Positions 1-8,828 of a DNA stretch of 17,070 bases are shown here, piece by piece (position 1 is the first letter of the stretch; each line of letters starts with the position of its first letter). The position numbers were made by a program, and so were the translations under genes. Source of the stretch: a virus. The stretch lies in the IMG/VR virus record IMGVR_UViG_3300045988_030628, positions 1-17,070 of that record, one strand, 5' to 3'. The notes under the pieces were generated by a model. It had not been told where the DNA came from, did no database searches, and was given only the letters and a program-made list of their open reading frames with translations.

Positions 1-20
1 CCCCATTAAAGTTCAAACCC
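1..20. repeat. Left inverted terminal repeat (20 bp), genome terminus
   Basis: Bases 1-20 (ccccattaaagttcaaaccc) are the exact reverse complement of bases 17051-17070 (gggtttgaactttaatgggg). Identity breaks down after 20 bp, with only a shared ccagtt a few nt further in. Terminal ITRs together with a protein-primed polymerase indicate a complete linear genome. Confidence 0.95.
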
Positions 21-34
21 TTTTTCCAGTTGTA

Positions 35-80
35 CAAAAAAGAGAAGGCACACGTGTACCTAAACACGTGCAACCTTCTC
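35..80 (-). terminator. Intrinsic terminator ending the late (structural) operon
   Basis: Read on the minus strand just after the stop of the tailspike gene. Outer stem gagaagg (42-48) pairs with ccttctc (74-80). Inner 7-bp stem cacgtgt (51-57) pairs with acacgtg (64-70). A T-run follows on the minus strand (A36-41 on plus). Confidence 0.85.
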
Positions 81-86
81 GCATCG

Positions 87-2696
87 TTAACAGCTAAGAG
101 ACGCACAGCTAACTGTTCCAACATCAAGCCTTCCAAAAGTTACATTAGTAAAACTTTCATATTGTGAATGATCGTCTTTGATTATATTAAAAGACAGTCT
201 TACTTCGCCTTTTTCAATCGAAATAGCACCGTTAAAATCGTAGAATTTAACCGGGTTATCTTGTTGAATATATCCACTAACTACTCCACCAAACATGTTT
301 GTACCAGGTTTACCACCTTGTACTAGACAATCATCGTCTACTGTTGCAATGACAGGAATTTCACCACCAGCAATGTTAGCCCCTGCAAAGTTAATGTATA
401 TACGTCCAACATTCCATGATATAACACCGTTAGACATCCATATTTCTCCTAACCCTTCTCCTGTTATTGAATTAACAACAGCTTTGTTTGCATGAAACGG
501 TACAGTCTGTTTATATTGTACGTCACAACTACCTGTTTCAATTCCGTCTAGTAAGTAACTCGCTAATAGGTCTTGATTTTCAGTGTTTGGGTGATTTTTG
601 TCACTAGCAAAACCACCATAGTTATGCATAATATACTCAGAGTTTGTAATATATTTTGCGCCATATTTACCACATCTTGTGTAAGCAGGTAGTACATTTT
701 TAACAATCTGCTCACGTTTATCGTAATTACCACTCCAACCAATCATAGCAACATAAATGTCAGCATTTATAAACATCTGTTTAGTTTTTTCAACTGTTCC
801 TTTGATAGCTGTTGAAATACCGGATACAGTACCAGGTGCATCATTCCAACCACCTGCTATTAGAATTTTTTTAATAGATAAACGTTGTACTTCTGTCATT
901 CTATTATAAGCGTCAGTAATAAGTCCCAGAAAAGTTTTACCGGCTACACCAACGTTTACAAATCCAGAACCGCCCTCAGTTTGTTTCCAAAAGTTGACAT
1001 CTTCTGACCACCCTGCATACTCACCCATTAAAGTAGGAAATCCTTTTATATGACCCTCTGGTGTGTAACCCTCTGCGTAGCTGTCGCCGATAATAAGAAC
1101 ATTAGTTGCTATAGTAGATGAAATAAGCGGTGTCTTATTGTTTGCTGTTAGAACTTTGACTATATTTCCACTTCGGTCTTGCATAGGTATATAGCTAAAG
1201 AACTCTGTTGTTTCTAACTGTGTTGGTGTTCTATATTTTAACGGAGTGGTCGGGTTAAGGTCAATCAATGACGCTTTTATTGTTTTATAGTTGCACGTTT
1301 CAGCTGATGTCCCTTTTATAGTCTGAGTAACACTTCCATAATTTTGATTAACAGCATCAGTATATGTTTCATTTTTTTGTACGCCATTTTCAACTTTGTT
1401 AGTTTTTGTTTCAATAGTATGAATGTTTGCATTTATATTTGCATCACCAGTGTATGTCTCTGTATTTGATTTTCCGTTAGTAGCAATATCACCACTGTAT
1501 GTTTCTGTTTTATCTACGCCAGTAGAAGTAACATTACCAGTATAGGTTTCAGTTTTATTTACTGCACTTTCTGTTATATCACCGTTAACAATTTCTTCTT
1601 TTGTTTGACACTCAGTTTTATTCTTACCACCAGAATTTAAAGAAACATCACCTGTATAATTTTCAGTCTTTGTTTTTCCGTTTGCTACAGTTTTCGTATA
1701 AGAGATATTAGCGTTTTCACCTCTAACATCTAACTGTTTAATACTTCCTTTGTAAACACTTCTTGCAATTTTAACAATGTTATTTTGGCCATTATCAACA
1801 TATGTTGTATAATTTCTAACACCGTTAATTTCAACATAGTTATCATTACCGTTAATAGTGAGTAGTTTTGTTGCATCACTAGTCACAGTGCATATAATAA
1901 CGTTATTATCAGAATCAAGTTTAATAAATTCCTTTCCAACTAAAGTAGAAATAGAATTGAAAGTCACATCACTACAATTAGAATCTCCCGTACCGCTTAT
2001 AGTCAAAGCATTTTCAATAGCATGGTCAAAAACTGTATGACTAATCTGTATATTATTACTAGAAGTAAGCTTAGCTAATGTGAAGCCATCAGTAAGAATA
2101 CACTGTGAGATACTAATATTAACACCAGTACATTCAATAAGGTCAACATTATTTACCTGTATATCACCATTACCATCAAACGTAAGACCTGTCAACGTCA
2201 GTGTTTTAACATTACCTTTTAACATAGGTTCTGTTACACCACCCCTAAGCACCAATCTAGTAACATACCTACCTTGCCCAAACATGGTTACGTCACTATT
2301 TTCTGGAAGTGTTAATGTGCCAGTAAGATAAGCACCACTTGGGAAGTAAACGCACATACCGTTATGAGCTTTAGCATAATCCAAACACCCTTGAATAGCT
2401 TCGGTATCATCTGCTGACCCATCACCAACAGCAGGTTTTAAATTTTCTGGTGGATTTTTAACACTAAGCATATAATCACTTAAAATCTCTGCAATAATGT
2501 TGTTAATTTCACCACTGGAAATGTACGTTTTAATGAGTTCTCTAATGTATTTTGGTAACTCATTGTTGTTCTTAATCAGCTCGTTTAACTTTTTAACAAT
2601 TTTACCTTGTACTTCCATATAACTAAGAGAGTCATCGTACACCAAAGGTAATACCTTTAAAGTCCAGTATCTAAGTGTTTCTACGTCTGTAAACAT
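87..2696 (-). CDS. Tailspike / pre-neck-appendage-like protein (gp12 position) with a beta-helix glycanase/lyase domain, a 15-aa repeat stalk and an SGNH esterase domain
   Basis: 869-aa ORF with GAAAGGAG 6 nt upstream of the ATG at 2696.
- aa ~88-330: GDGSADDTEAIQGCLDYA...VYFPSGAYL, the signature of pectate-lyase-3-type right-handed beta-helix tailspikes.
- aa ~336-455: about eight 15-aa repeats with a KTETYTGD core.
- aa ~530-705: SGNH/GDSL blocks IIGDSYAEG, GGSGF, GGWND and DKNHP.
- It is the last gene in the phi29-type order scaffold-capsid-knob-portal-collar-appendage. Confidence 0.85.
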   Translation of the reverse strand: MFTDVETLRYWTLKVLPLVYDDSLSYMEVQGKIVKKLNELIKNNNELPKYIRELIKTYISSGEINNIIAEILSDYMLSVKNPPENLKPAVGDGSADDTEAIQGCLDYAKAHNGMCVYFPSGAYLTGTLTLPENSDVTMFGQGRYVTRLVLRGGVTEPMLKGNVKTLTLTGLTFDGNGDIQVNNVDLIECTGVNISISQCILTDGFTLAKLTSSNNIQISHTVFDHAIENALTISGTGDSNCSDVTFNSISTLVGKEFIKLDSDNNVIICTVTSDATKLLTINGNDNYVEINGVRNYTTYVDNGQNNIVKIARSVYKGSIKQLDVRGENANISYTKTVANGKTKTENYTGDVSLNSGGKNKTECQTKEEIVNGDITESAVNKTETYTGNVTSTGVDKTETYSGDIATNGKSNTETYTGDANINANIHTIETKTNKVENGVQKNETYTDAVNQNYGSVTQTIKGTSAETCNYKTIKASLIDLNPTTPLKYRTPTQLETTEFFSYIPMQDRSGNIVKVLTANNKTPLISSTIATNVLIIGDSYAEGYTPEGHIKGFPTLMGEYAGWSEDVNFWKQTEGGSGFVNVGVAGKTFLGLITDAYNRMTEVQRLSIKKILIAGGWNDAPGTVSGISTAIKGTVEKTKQMFINADIYVAMIGWSGNYDKREQIVKNVLPAYTRCGKYGAKYITNSEYIMHNYGGFASDKNHPNTENQDLLASYLLDGIETGSCDVQYKQTVPFHANKAVVNSITGEGLGEIWMSNGVISWNVGRIYINFAGANIAGGEIPVIATVDDDCLVQGGKPGTNMFGGVVSGYIQQDNPVKFYDFNGAISIEKGEVRLSFNIIKDDHSQYESFTNVTFGRLDVGTVSCASLSC

Positions 2697-2714
2697 ATAT
2701 TACTCCTTTCTACT

Positions 2715-3494
2715 CTACCATAAACCAAAAAACAAATCGTCAAATTCTTTAATAACCTGCATATCAATATTCAAGAAAGTTTCACGGTATTTCATAATTA
2801 GCGAACTGTAGTTTTCTGAATTTTGTTTACCTACAATAGTTTCAATGTAATCTTCTGTAGTGTCAACATTACCACTACTCTGTTCACTGTCTTTATAGGT
2901 ACTTCCGCTTTTCTCAGTAGAATTACCACTTATACTTTCATTGCCACTATTTGTAGTGTTAATCTTTCTGGCATCTGTTAAATATGTCTGGTTATCAACA
3001 CCAACTAAACCGCCTTGAGGTGTATCACTGAACAAGTTCTTTTCTTCGCCGGTTGCATTACTATTTTTATTACTACTTGTTGTCTGTGTTGTGTTAACAT
3101 CTCTGCTTCCATTTCCGCTTCTATTGTCTGTGCTTTTTTCGTTTTCAGTCCTGTTGTGCTTTCTGGTTAAGTCAACATCATGGAATGGATCAAACTTTAA
3201 CTTAGCACTTTCATATAATTGATTATAGTATGGCATGATTTCTTCTAACTTAGTATTAACCCAAAGTTTCCAGATGCCTACAGTTTCACAGCAAATTTCT
3301 CTCAAATAATAGTGCTTTAAGATTTTACAACAAAGCACTTTTCTATAATCTTCATCAAAGAAAGGTACTTTACTGGTAAAAATTTTATCCCATGATTTTG
3401 ATATAACATCATCTACAGAGTTAAATCCAACACTTTCATCTAACCCGCTATCCGTTTCACAAATATACCTAACTTCTGTCGTGTATTTACTCAT
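2715..3494 (-). CDS. Lower collar protein (phi29 gp11 position)
   Basis: It lies directly downstream of, and overlaps by 8 nt, the portal gene, as gene 11 follows gene 10 in phi29. The size (259 aa from ATG 3494) fits. RBS GGTGGTG lies 6 nt upstream of that ATG. The ORF-track start at 3506 is a GTG with no RBS spacing. The central Ser/Asn/Thr-rich segment could be a tube-forming hairpin. The call is mainly by synteny. Confidence 0.65.
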   Translation of the reverse strand: MSKYTTEVRYICETDSGLDESVGFNSVDDVISKSWDKIFTSKVPFFDEDYRKVLCCKILKHYYLREICCETVGIWKLWVNTKLEEIMPYYNQLYESAKLKFDPFHDVDLTRKHNRTENEKSTDNRSGNGSRDVNTTQTTSSNKNSNATGEEKNLFSDTPQGGLVGVDNQTYLTDARKINTTNSGNESISGNSTEKSGSTYKDSEQSSGNVDTTEDYIETIVGKQNSENYSSLIMKYRETFLNIDMQVIKEFDDLFFGLW

Positions 3495-4377
3495 TTCCTG
3501 CACCACCTATCGTATCTGCACCGGGATCTTCTGGCTGATTATCGTCGCCAACCTGTTGAAAATCTTCACGATAATTGACTTCGATATTTGTACCAAACAT
3601 ATCATTTATTTTTTCAACAGCCTGTCGGCGTGATTCTAGTCTGCTATATCTACTAGCAATAGTACCACCTTGGTTACGTGTAACTTCATCAGTTATCAAT
3701 CTTTCTTTCTTCTGAATATTGATATTACTTATACCTAGATAAGTTAGTGCTTCATTCCATATTTGTGTTTTTAACTGGTACAGTTTATCACACACATATG
3801 GAGCATCAGTGCTAAGTGCTTTTAATGCGTTAATATCCAGATTCTTATCACCAAAAATAAAAGGTGCGTTTCCGTCATATTCTTTATACAGATTTAAAAG
3901 AGTAAGTCTTTGCTTTTCATTACCTTGTACCAACACAGGCGTTTTCTGTGCGTTTGCATTGATATCAATAATTCTATCAATATTGTATAATCTTCTTGCA
4001 AACATTTCAACATCAAGAATACTGTTACCATGCAGATAATTATTCCAGATAATAACGCTGTCTTTATAAGTTAGTAACTTCTGGTAATTGTTGTAACCAC
4101 TGTACGCTCTTCTTAGCAATGGGTTTCCATACACGTCAAGCCTGCCATTAACAATACAATCTAAGCACAAGTCTCCTATCACATCGTCTTTGAAATAAAC
4201 CATACAACCAGTTTCAAATAAATGTAATTCAAGATATCTTGCGTCAACTGTATCTGGTAAATTCTTCCATTCAAACATGGATATAGCAAGTTCTGTTAAT
4301 CTGTTCAAATACTGACGATAAGTAAGGTTGTTCAAAACCATACTTTCGTCACAAATGTCATGCTTTCTTCGTCCCAC
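3487..4377 (-). CDS. Portal / head-tail connector (upper collar, phi29 gp10-like)
   Basis: 296 aa with motifs recalled from the phi29 connector: MFEWKNLP, NANAQKTPVL, YDGNAPFIF, TDAPYVCDKL, KKERLITDEV. The start is GTG at 4375-4377, preceded by the strong RBS AAGGTGGTGA with 4-nt spacing. The basic N-terminus GRRKH parallels the RKR pRNA-binding N-terminus of phi29 gp10. Confidence 0.9.
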   Translation of the reverse strand: MGRRKHDICDESMVLNNLTYRQYLNRLTELAISMFEWKNLPDTVDARYLELHLFETGCMVYFKDDVIGDLCLDCIVNGRLDVYGNPLLRRAYSGYNNYQKLLTYKDSVIIWNNYLHGNSILDVEMFARRLYNIDRIIDINANAQKTPVLVQGNEKQRLTLLNLYKEYDGNAPFIFGDKNLDINALKALSTDAPYVCDKLYQLKTQIWNEALTYLGISNINIQKKERLITDEVTRNQGGTIASRYSRLESRRQAVEKINDMFGTNIEVNYREDFQQVGDDNQPEDPGADTIGGAGNE

Positions 4378-4392
4378 TTTATCACCACCTTA

Positions 4393-5943
4393 TTATACTG
4401 GACTATTGTCTAGGTCATATCTACCAACTTCATATCCATGTTTCCAGAATGTTACACCATTATCATAGATACTGCATATCTTTTTCATATCATCAGACGG
4501 GACACTCCCTGTCATTGTAGCACTAACAGTTTTTACATAGTTCCAATGTGGTCTACTGTTACGATTAGGAATTTTTACTCTCTTAGTTGCATATCCAAAC
4601 TTAGTAAAGAAATCGTCAATCATTCTTGCATATTGATAACTTACACTGATTCTTCCACCCCAAAATGTTTTCTTTCCACTTGCTACATCAACGTTACCAC
4701 TGTGAATATTACCCCTTGCTACATCAGCTGCAATAGATGCCTTATAACCCTGTGATAATAAATTCATAACTGTTCCAACTCCTGCTAGTACACCTAGTGG
4801 TGGAAAGCTTACGCCTAAGGCAGACAACCCTAGTGCAGATACACCTGCGGTTGCTGTTGTAGCTAAAGGCAATGCGTTCTGTGCTAACCACGCTTTGAAA
4901 GAATCAGTTGACCAACTGCACATTGGATAATCGTCAAGTACCAATGATTCACCGTTAAGAGTTGTACCTACCTTACTACCCTTGTATCCGTTTGGTCTTA
5001 ATGCTACTTGAATAGGCATAGTTACTGGAACATCAACATGAAGTGCTACGGTTAAATTGTTAAAAAATTCATACCTAAAACTAGCTGTAGATTTTCCGTT
5101 TTCTACTGATAAATAGTTATATGGATAAGTGTACAGTTTGTTATTTTTAGGTTTATACCCGTCAAGCGTATCACGTGTTGTTAATGCAGGAACAGAAATG
5201 TCAAACCCAAAAGCTCCTTTTGAAAATAGTAATTGTAGACCGTCATCTGGAATAGCTTTACCTGTAGCTATAACAGGGCACATGTAAAGACCTACAATAG
5301 CGTCTGGTTTTTGGTTATAACTTTGCAATTTTTTAGTTAAAGCTGAAACACCTTTTTTATTTACATTGTATGCAAATAATGTACAACCACCATAAATGCC
5401 ATCATATAACGTTCCGTCTGGGTCTTCTGCGGTGTCACAGACCATGCATATAATACACAAAGGGTCAAGTGCTTTAGTTAATTTACCGTAGCCATTGTAC
5501 ACATATTCCCCAGTGTCAAGGTTCTCCGGTATAATGTTAGCACCTATCTGGTCACTTTCCGAGTGTTCTCTTTCAACAAAACAATAATCTGGTGAGCAAT
5601 CAAATAACCATGTCTGCATGACATCAATTTCAAAACTGATATTAGATGTAACGTCATTTACATATTCAACACTTGTAATAAATGCATAAAACCATTTGTT
5701 ACCATATGCTGAATTTTGAAACATCATGTAGTTACAGTCATAAAGACTGTCAGCGTTAATACCAACTCTTGCTACTCCTTTTTGTACTCTTTGATAAGTA
5801 TAGTTACTCATATTGTACTTAGTCAAGGCACTGAAATACCCAAACTGTGCGCTCATACTGTCAAACCATAATGTGTGGTCATAGGTTGTATCTAGTGGTA
5901 CATCTTTTAGTAACTTTATATTAGTCTGAGGATTTATATACAT
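4393..5943 (-). CDS. Tail knob protein (phi29 gp9-like)
   Basis: 516 aa. The N-terminal block YMMFQNSAYGNKWFYAFITSVEY...FEIDVMQTWLF matches the conserved gp9 signature as recalled (YIMFQNADYGNKWFYAFVT...FEIDVLQTWMF). A Gly/Ala-rich hydrophobic segment (ATAGVSALGLSALGVSFPPLGVLAGVG) resembles the membrane-active loop of gp9. RBS GAAAGGAA is present. Confidence 0.9.
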   Translation of the reverse strand: MYINPQTNIKLLKDVPLDTTYDHTLWFDSMSAQFGYFSALTKYNMSNYTYQRVQKGVARVGINADSLYDCNYMMFQNSAYGNKWFYAFITSVEYVNDVTSNISFEIDVMQTWLFDCSPDYCFVEREHSESDQIGANIIPENLDTGEYVYNGYGKLTKALDPLCIICMVCDTAEDPDGTLYDGIYGGCTLFAYNVNKKGVSALTKKLQSYNQKPDAIVGLYMCPVIATGKAIPDDGLQLLFSKGAFGFDISVPALTTRDTLDGYKPKNNKLYTYPYNYLSVENGKSTASFRYEFFNNLTVALHVDVPVTMPIQVALRPNGYKGSKVGTTLNGESLVLDDYPMCSWSTDSFKAWLAQNALPLATTATAGVSALGLSALGVSFPPLGVLAGVGTVMNLLSQGYKASIAADVARGNIHSGNVDVASGKKTFWGGRISVSYQYARMIDDFFTKFGYATKRVKIPNRNSRPHWNYVKTVSATMTGSVPSDDMKKICSIYDNGVTFWKHGYEVGRYDLDNSPV

Positions 5944-5961
5944 AATACATTCCTTTCTAAC

Positions 5962-5997
5962 GGGTGTGTGACAGTAACATTATACCACCACACACCC
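5962..5997 (-). promoter_or_regulatory. 9-bp GC-rich hairpin between the major capsid and tail knob genes (no U-tract)
   Basis: gggtgtgtg (5962-5970) pairs with cacacaccc (5989-5997) around an 18-nt loop. On the minus strand the loop reads ...TGgTATAAT..., an extended -10-like motif. The hairpin sits 6 nt after the capsid stop codon. Confidence 0.6.
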
Positions 5998-6003
5998 TTG
6001 ACA

Positions 6004-7416
6004 TTACTCTTTATTTAATGTAATATCCGTGCCAACAGTTGTATCACCAGTAATAGTCGTCGTAGTAGCTGTGTACTTAGTACCGTTAATCTCTGCTACC
6101 AGTGTGATTTCTGTAGCAATCTTATTGTTAGGAATCATAATTCCACCATAAGGCTGAACAGCAATACCTGCCGTAGTCAACTCTTGTGTCTGAATGAAGT
6201 TTACATTGTGTGGCTCAAGGCTCTGGCCATCTAAGTCTGGGCTGATTGTAAATACCGTAGCAATGTCACTTTCGTCCTTAGCATCAACATGTACTTTGAT
6301 TGATTCAGGTAATGTAATTGTAGCGTCATCTGTTACAAATACACAAGCGTTTGCAAACGGAGAATTGGAAACTGTTTTCCATGTGTGATAGAAATAATTC
6401 CAGTATAAACCAGATGCTACATACTTCTCTGTAAATTTGTTATTGTTGTCATAAACCTGAAACCAGTTTTCGTCCAGAATAACAGCTTTTACATTTTTCA
6501 ACAGTGCAAGTTCTTCCGTGGTAACTTCTTCGATACCATCAGAATTAGCTCTGATAATGTCAAAACGTTCATTGTCGAACTCTGACCAGTTATCAATAAG
6601 GAACAGTCTACCCATAAAATCTGCTTTGTCCATGTTGAAAGCACTTGCAAGTACATTCACATCATACTGTGCATTGAACATTGCGTCCATGAAAATAACC
6701 TGTCTTTCTTTTGGCGTGTTTGTTTTAACGCCTGCTTCATTGAACTCACTCGACATAAATGGTAATAAGTTAGAAGTACCTCTAAACTGAACAGCACTTT
6801 CTGTAAGTTCTTTACCAGTACCGATTGACTTCGGATACATTCTACCATGACTGATTGCTTTAATCAACAGGTACTTAAAGAGTAGGAACTCGTCATACTC
6901 TGCACCAGTGTAAACAGCATCAACAATCTTAGCAATAAGGTTCTGTACACCGTCAATGCTAAGAAATGCCTGTCTTAAATCTTCGTCTTGAATAGTTACT
7001 GGGTACATTACACGCCAGTTCATTACGTGGAAAGCTGAACGAACATCTGGAATACTTCTCTGGAACTCTCTCTTAGGTGCTTTTTCTGCACTAAAGTCTA
7101 CTGCTTTTGCGATTGACACGAAAATATCTTCTACAGTTTCACCGTACTCAAGATATCCTTTTTTAAGAATTGAATACGGGTTGTTAAAGTTTGCGGACTG
7201 CACACGCACAATAGCAATTCTGTTAACAAGTGCGTTAATAAACTGGTTTGCAAAAGCAGGTGTTCCGTATATAACTTCTCCGACTTTAGGAATGTCACTT
7301 GCCTTTGCTACAGCAGGTACGTTCTGCTGATAATCATATGACGCGTTCTGTCTGATAACGTTCATAATGTCGATTGTAGACGCATTGAGCGTACTATTAG
7401 CAATTCTTCTAGCCAT
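6004..7416 (-). CDS. Major capsid protein (phi29 gp8-like) with a C-terminal Ig-like domain
   Basis: 470 aa with blocks recalled from gp8: LASAFNMDKADFMG, DENWFQVYDN, GLYWNYFYHTWKT...SPFANACVFV. The ~100-aa C-terminal Thr/Ile/Val-rich region matches the position of the gp8 BIG2 domain. AAGGAG RBS. The gene immediately follows the scaffold gene. Confidence 0.92.
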   Translation of the reverse strand: MARRIANSTLNASTIDIMNVIRQNASYDYQQNVPAVAKASDIPKVGEVIYGTPAFANQFINALVNRIAIVRVQSANFNNPYSILKKGYLEYGETVEDIFVSIAKAVDFSAEKAPKREFQRSIPDVRSAFHVMNWRVMYPVTIQDEDLRQAFLSIDGVQNLIAKIVDAVYTGAEYDEFLLFKYLLIKAISHGRMYPKSIGTGKELTESAVQFRGTSNLLPFMSSEFNEAGVKTNTPKERQVIFMDAMFNAQYDVNVLASAFNMDKADFMGRLFLIDNWSEFDNERFDIIRANSDGIEEVTTEELALLKNVKAVILDENWFQVYDNNNKFTEKYVASGLYWNYFYHTWKTVSNSPFANACVFVTDDATITLPESIKVHVDAKDESDIATVFTISPDLDGQSLEPHNVNFIQTQELTTAGIAVQPYGGIMIPNNKIATEITLVAEINGTKYTATTTTITGDTTVGTDITLNKE

Positions 7417-7419
7417 CTT

Positions 7420-7722
7420 TTAAATCTCCTTAAATAAATCTGAAAATGTCCTTGGGGTGTCATCTGGTTCTAGTTTTGTGCCTGATTTTGGTATTGGTTC
7501 TGGTTCATCTGAGAAAAATCTTTCTGTGTATTTCTTTCTCCAATTTGCGTCGTTTTCTTCATACTTGCTTTTCCAGTCTGTACCGTCACCGTTCGCTCTT
7601 TTTTCAAAGTCGTCCAGTGTATCAGTTACGTCCTCTAAAAACGAAATGGATTCATCATCAGGATTTTCTCCTAATCTTGTTTTGAAACTTTCCAGAATTT
7701 CTTCTCTAGTTTTTACTGCCAT
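7420..7722 (-). CDS. Scaffolding protein (phi29 gp7 position)
   Basis: 100 aa, strongly acidic and predicted helical, immediately upstream of the capsid gene. Its size is close to phi29 gp7. RBS GAAAGGAGATGA. Called by synteny and composition. Confidence 0.7.
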   Translation of the reverse strand: MAVKTREEILESFKTRLGENPDDESISFLEDVTDTLDDFEKRANGDGTDWKSKYEENDANWRKKYTERFFSDEPEPIPKSGTKLEPDDTPRTFSDLFKEI

Positions 7723-7741
7723 TCAATCATCTCCTTTCAAC

Positions 7742-8824
7742 TTAATAATGATATTTTAGCATCATCCAAACTGGCATTGATTTCTTTTTTGTGGTGTGCG
7801 TGCCACCACCTCCACCACCTGCCGATAAGAATCTGTAGATAAGAACGGCATTGTTTAGTCTTTCATCAACTGATAAGAACTCATTTTTTGAAAACCATTT
7901 GTTGATTGAGGTGTCATTAGCGTGTTTCGTAATAAAGTCATAACATTTTTCTGCATAGGTTACACGGAAATCCCATGTGTGATCGTGTATTCCTTCCCAA
8001 CCTACGTTAAAAGCATGAGTTAATTCAGCTAAATCTGTACTACTGGAAGTAAGAAAATCTGTTAACGTAGCATATTGACTAGCTTCATCTCTGGAATACC
8101 ATACATTTTCATGAATTAAATAATTTAACTGTCCGATACCATCATCGTCATTATATCCATTTGACTGAAGCCATTCATGCAGCTGATAAAGTCTACCATG
8201 TGTGTTGCCACCAGTGTTTGTCCATTGTCCTAGCCCAAAACCAACATTTAAAGCGGTAAATGAACTGACATTCTGTCCTTCCCACATACCAGGGTTTACA
8301 CCACTTTCCTGCCACATATTACCACATATTGCTGATACTACGTATGCACTACAACCGTAACCAGATGCACCGCCTTCACCGTATCTAAACAACCGTGGGA
8401 ATGATGATTCATAATTTTGATTTCCAGTTGTTGAACCTATGCTAACTTGATGTGCTAATGGTGCATTGTCTGTGTGCGCTCCCATGAATACACCTTTTCC
8501 CTTACCACCTTTATAGCACATTTCTGTATGCGAAACTGAAAGACCAATGTCACCTGGTAAGTATTCACCACTAGCATCAACTTCCTTGAAACCTAACGAA
8601 AGTAAAACGTCTGCTTCTGTGTAAGTTGTAAATGCGTTATATTTTGGTGCATAATTCGGTGTTGAAAATCCACCTGCTAAGAGTGCGTAGTTTATAAAAG
8701 AACTGCAATCGTAATATGTAATGCCACCTACGGTCTGGGCGTTTCTATATGACTGACTGTATCCCACGTTAGGGGCATTACACGTTTCGATTGCCCATGA
8801 ATAAGCTTTGTTAATGTCTGGCAT
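7742..8824 (-). CDS. Tail-associated peptidoglycan hydrolase (gp13 analogue): N-terminal Amidase_5/NlpC-P60-like domain plus phage tail lysozyme domain
   Basis: 360 aa.
- N-terminus MPDINKAYSW...YYDCSSFINYALLAGGF...PGDIGL..SHTEMC is paralogous to the endolysin catalytic domain (Cys/His papain-like fold).
- aa ~150-330 carry the GNMWQESGVNP...GFGLGQWT...QLNYLIHE pattern of the phage tail lysozyme family found in phi29 gp13.
- A Gly6 linker and a short basic/hydrophobic tail form the C-terminus. Confidence 0.8.
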   Translation of the reverse strand: MPDINKAYSWAIETCNAPNVGYSQSYRNAQTVGGITYYDCSSFINYALLAGGFSTPNYAPKYNAFTTYTEADVLLSLGFKEVDASGEYLPGDIGLSVSHTEMCYKGGKGKGVFMGAHTDNAPLAHQVSIGSTTGNQNYESSFPRLFRYGEGGASGYGCSAYVVSAICGNMWQESGVNPGMWEGQNVSSFTALNVGFGLGQWTNTGGNTHGRLYQLHEWLQSNGYNDDDGIGQLNYLIHENVWYSRDEASQYATLTDFLTSSSTDLAELTHAFNVGWEGIHDHTWDFRVTYAEKCYDFITKHANDTSINKWFSKNEFLSVDERLNNAVLIYRFLSAGGGGGGTHTTKKKSMPVWMMLKYHY

Positions 8825-8828
8825 TGAA

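Noticed and set aside
1341-1721. The tailspike repeat region as a DNA-level tandem repeat or hypervariable VNTR.
   Set aside because: The periodicity is clear at the protein level, but the nucleotide copies are diverged, with no long identical units. Recent slippage or phase variation is unlikely.
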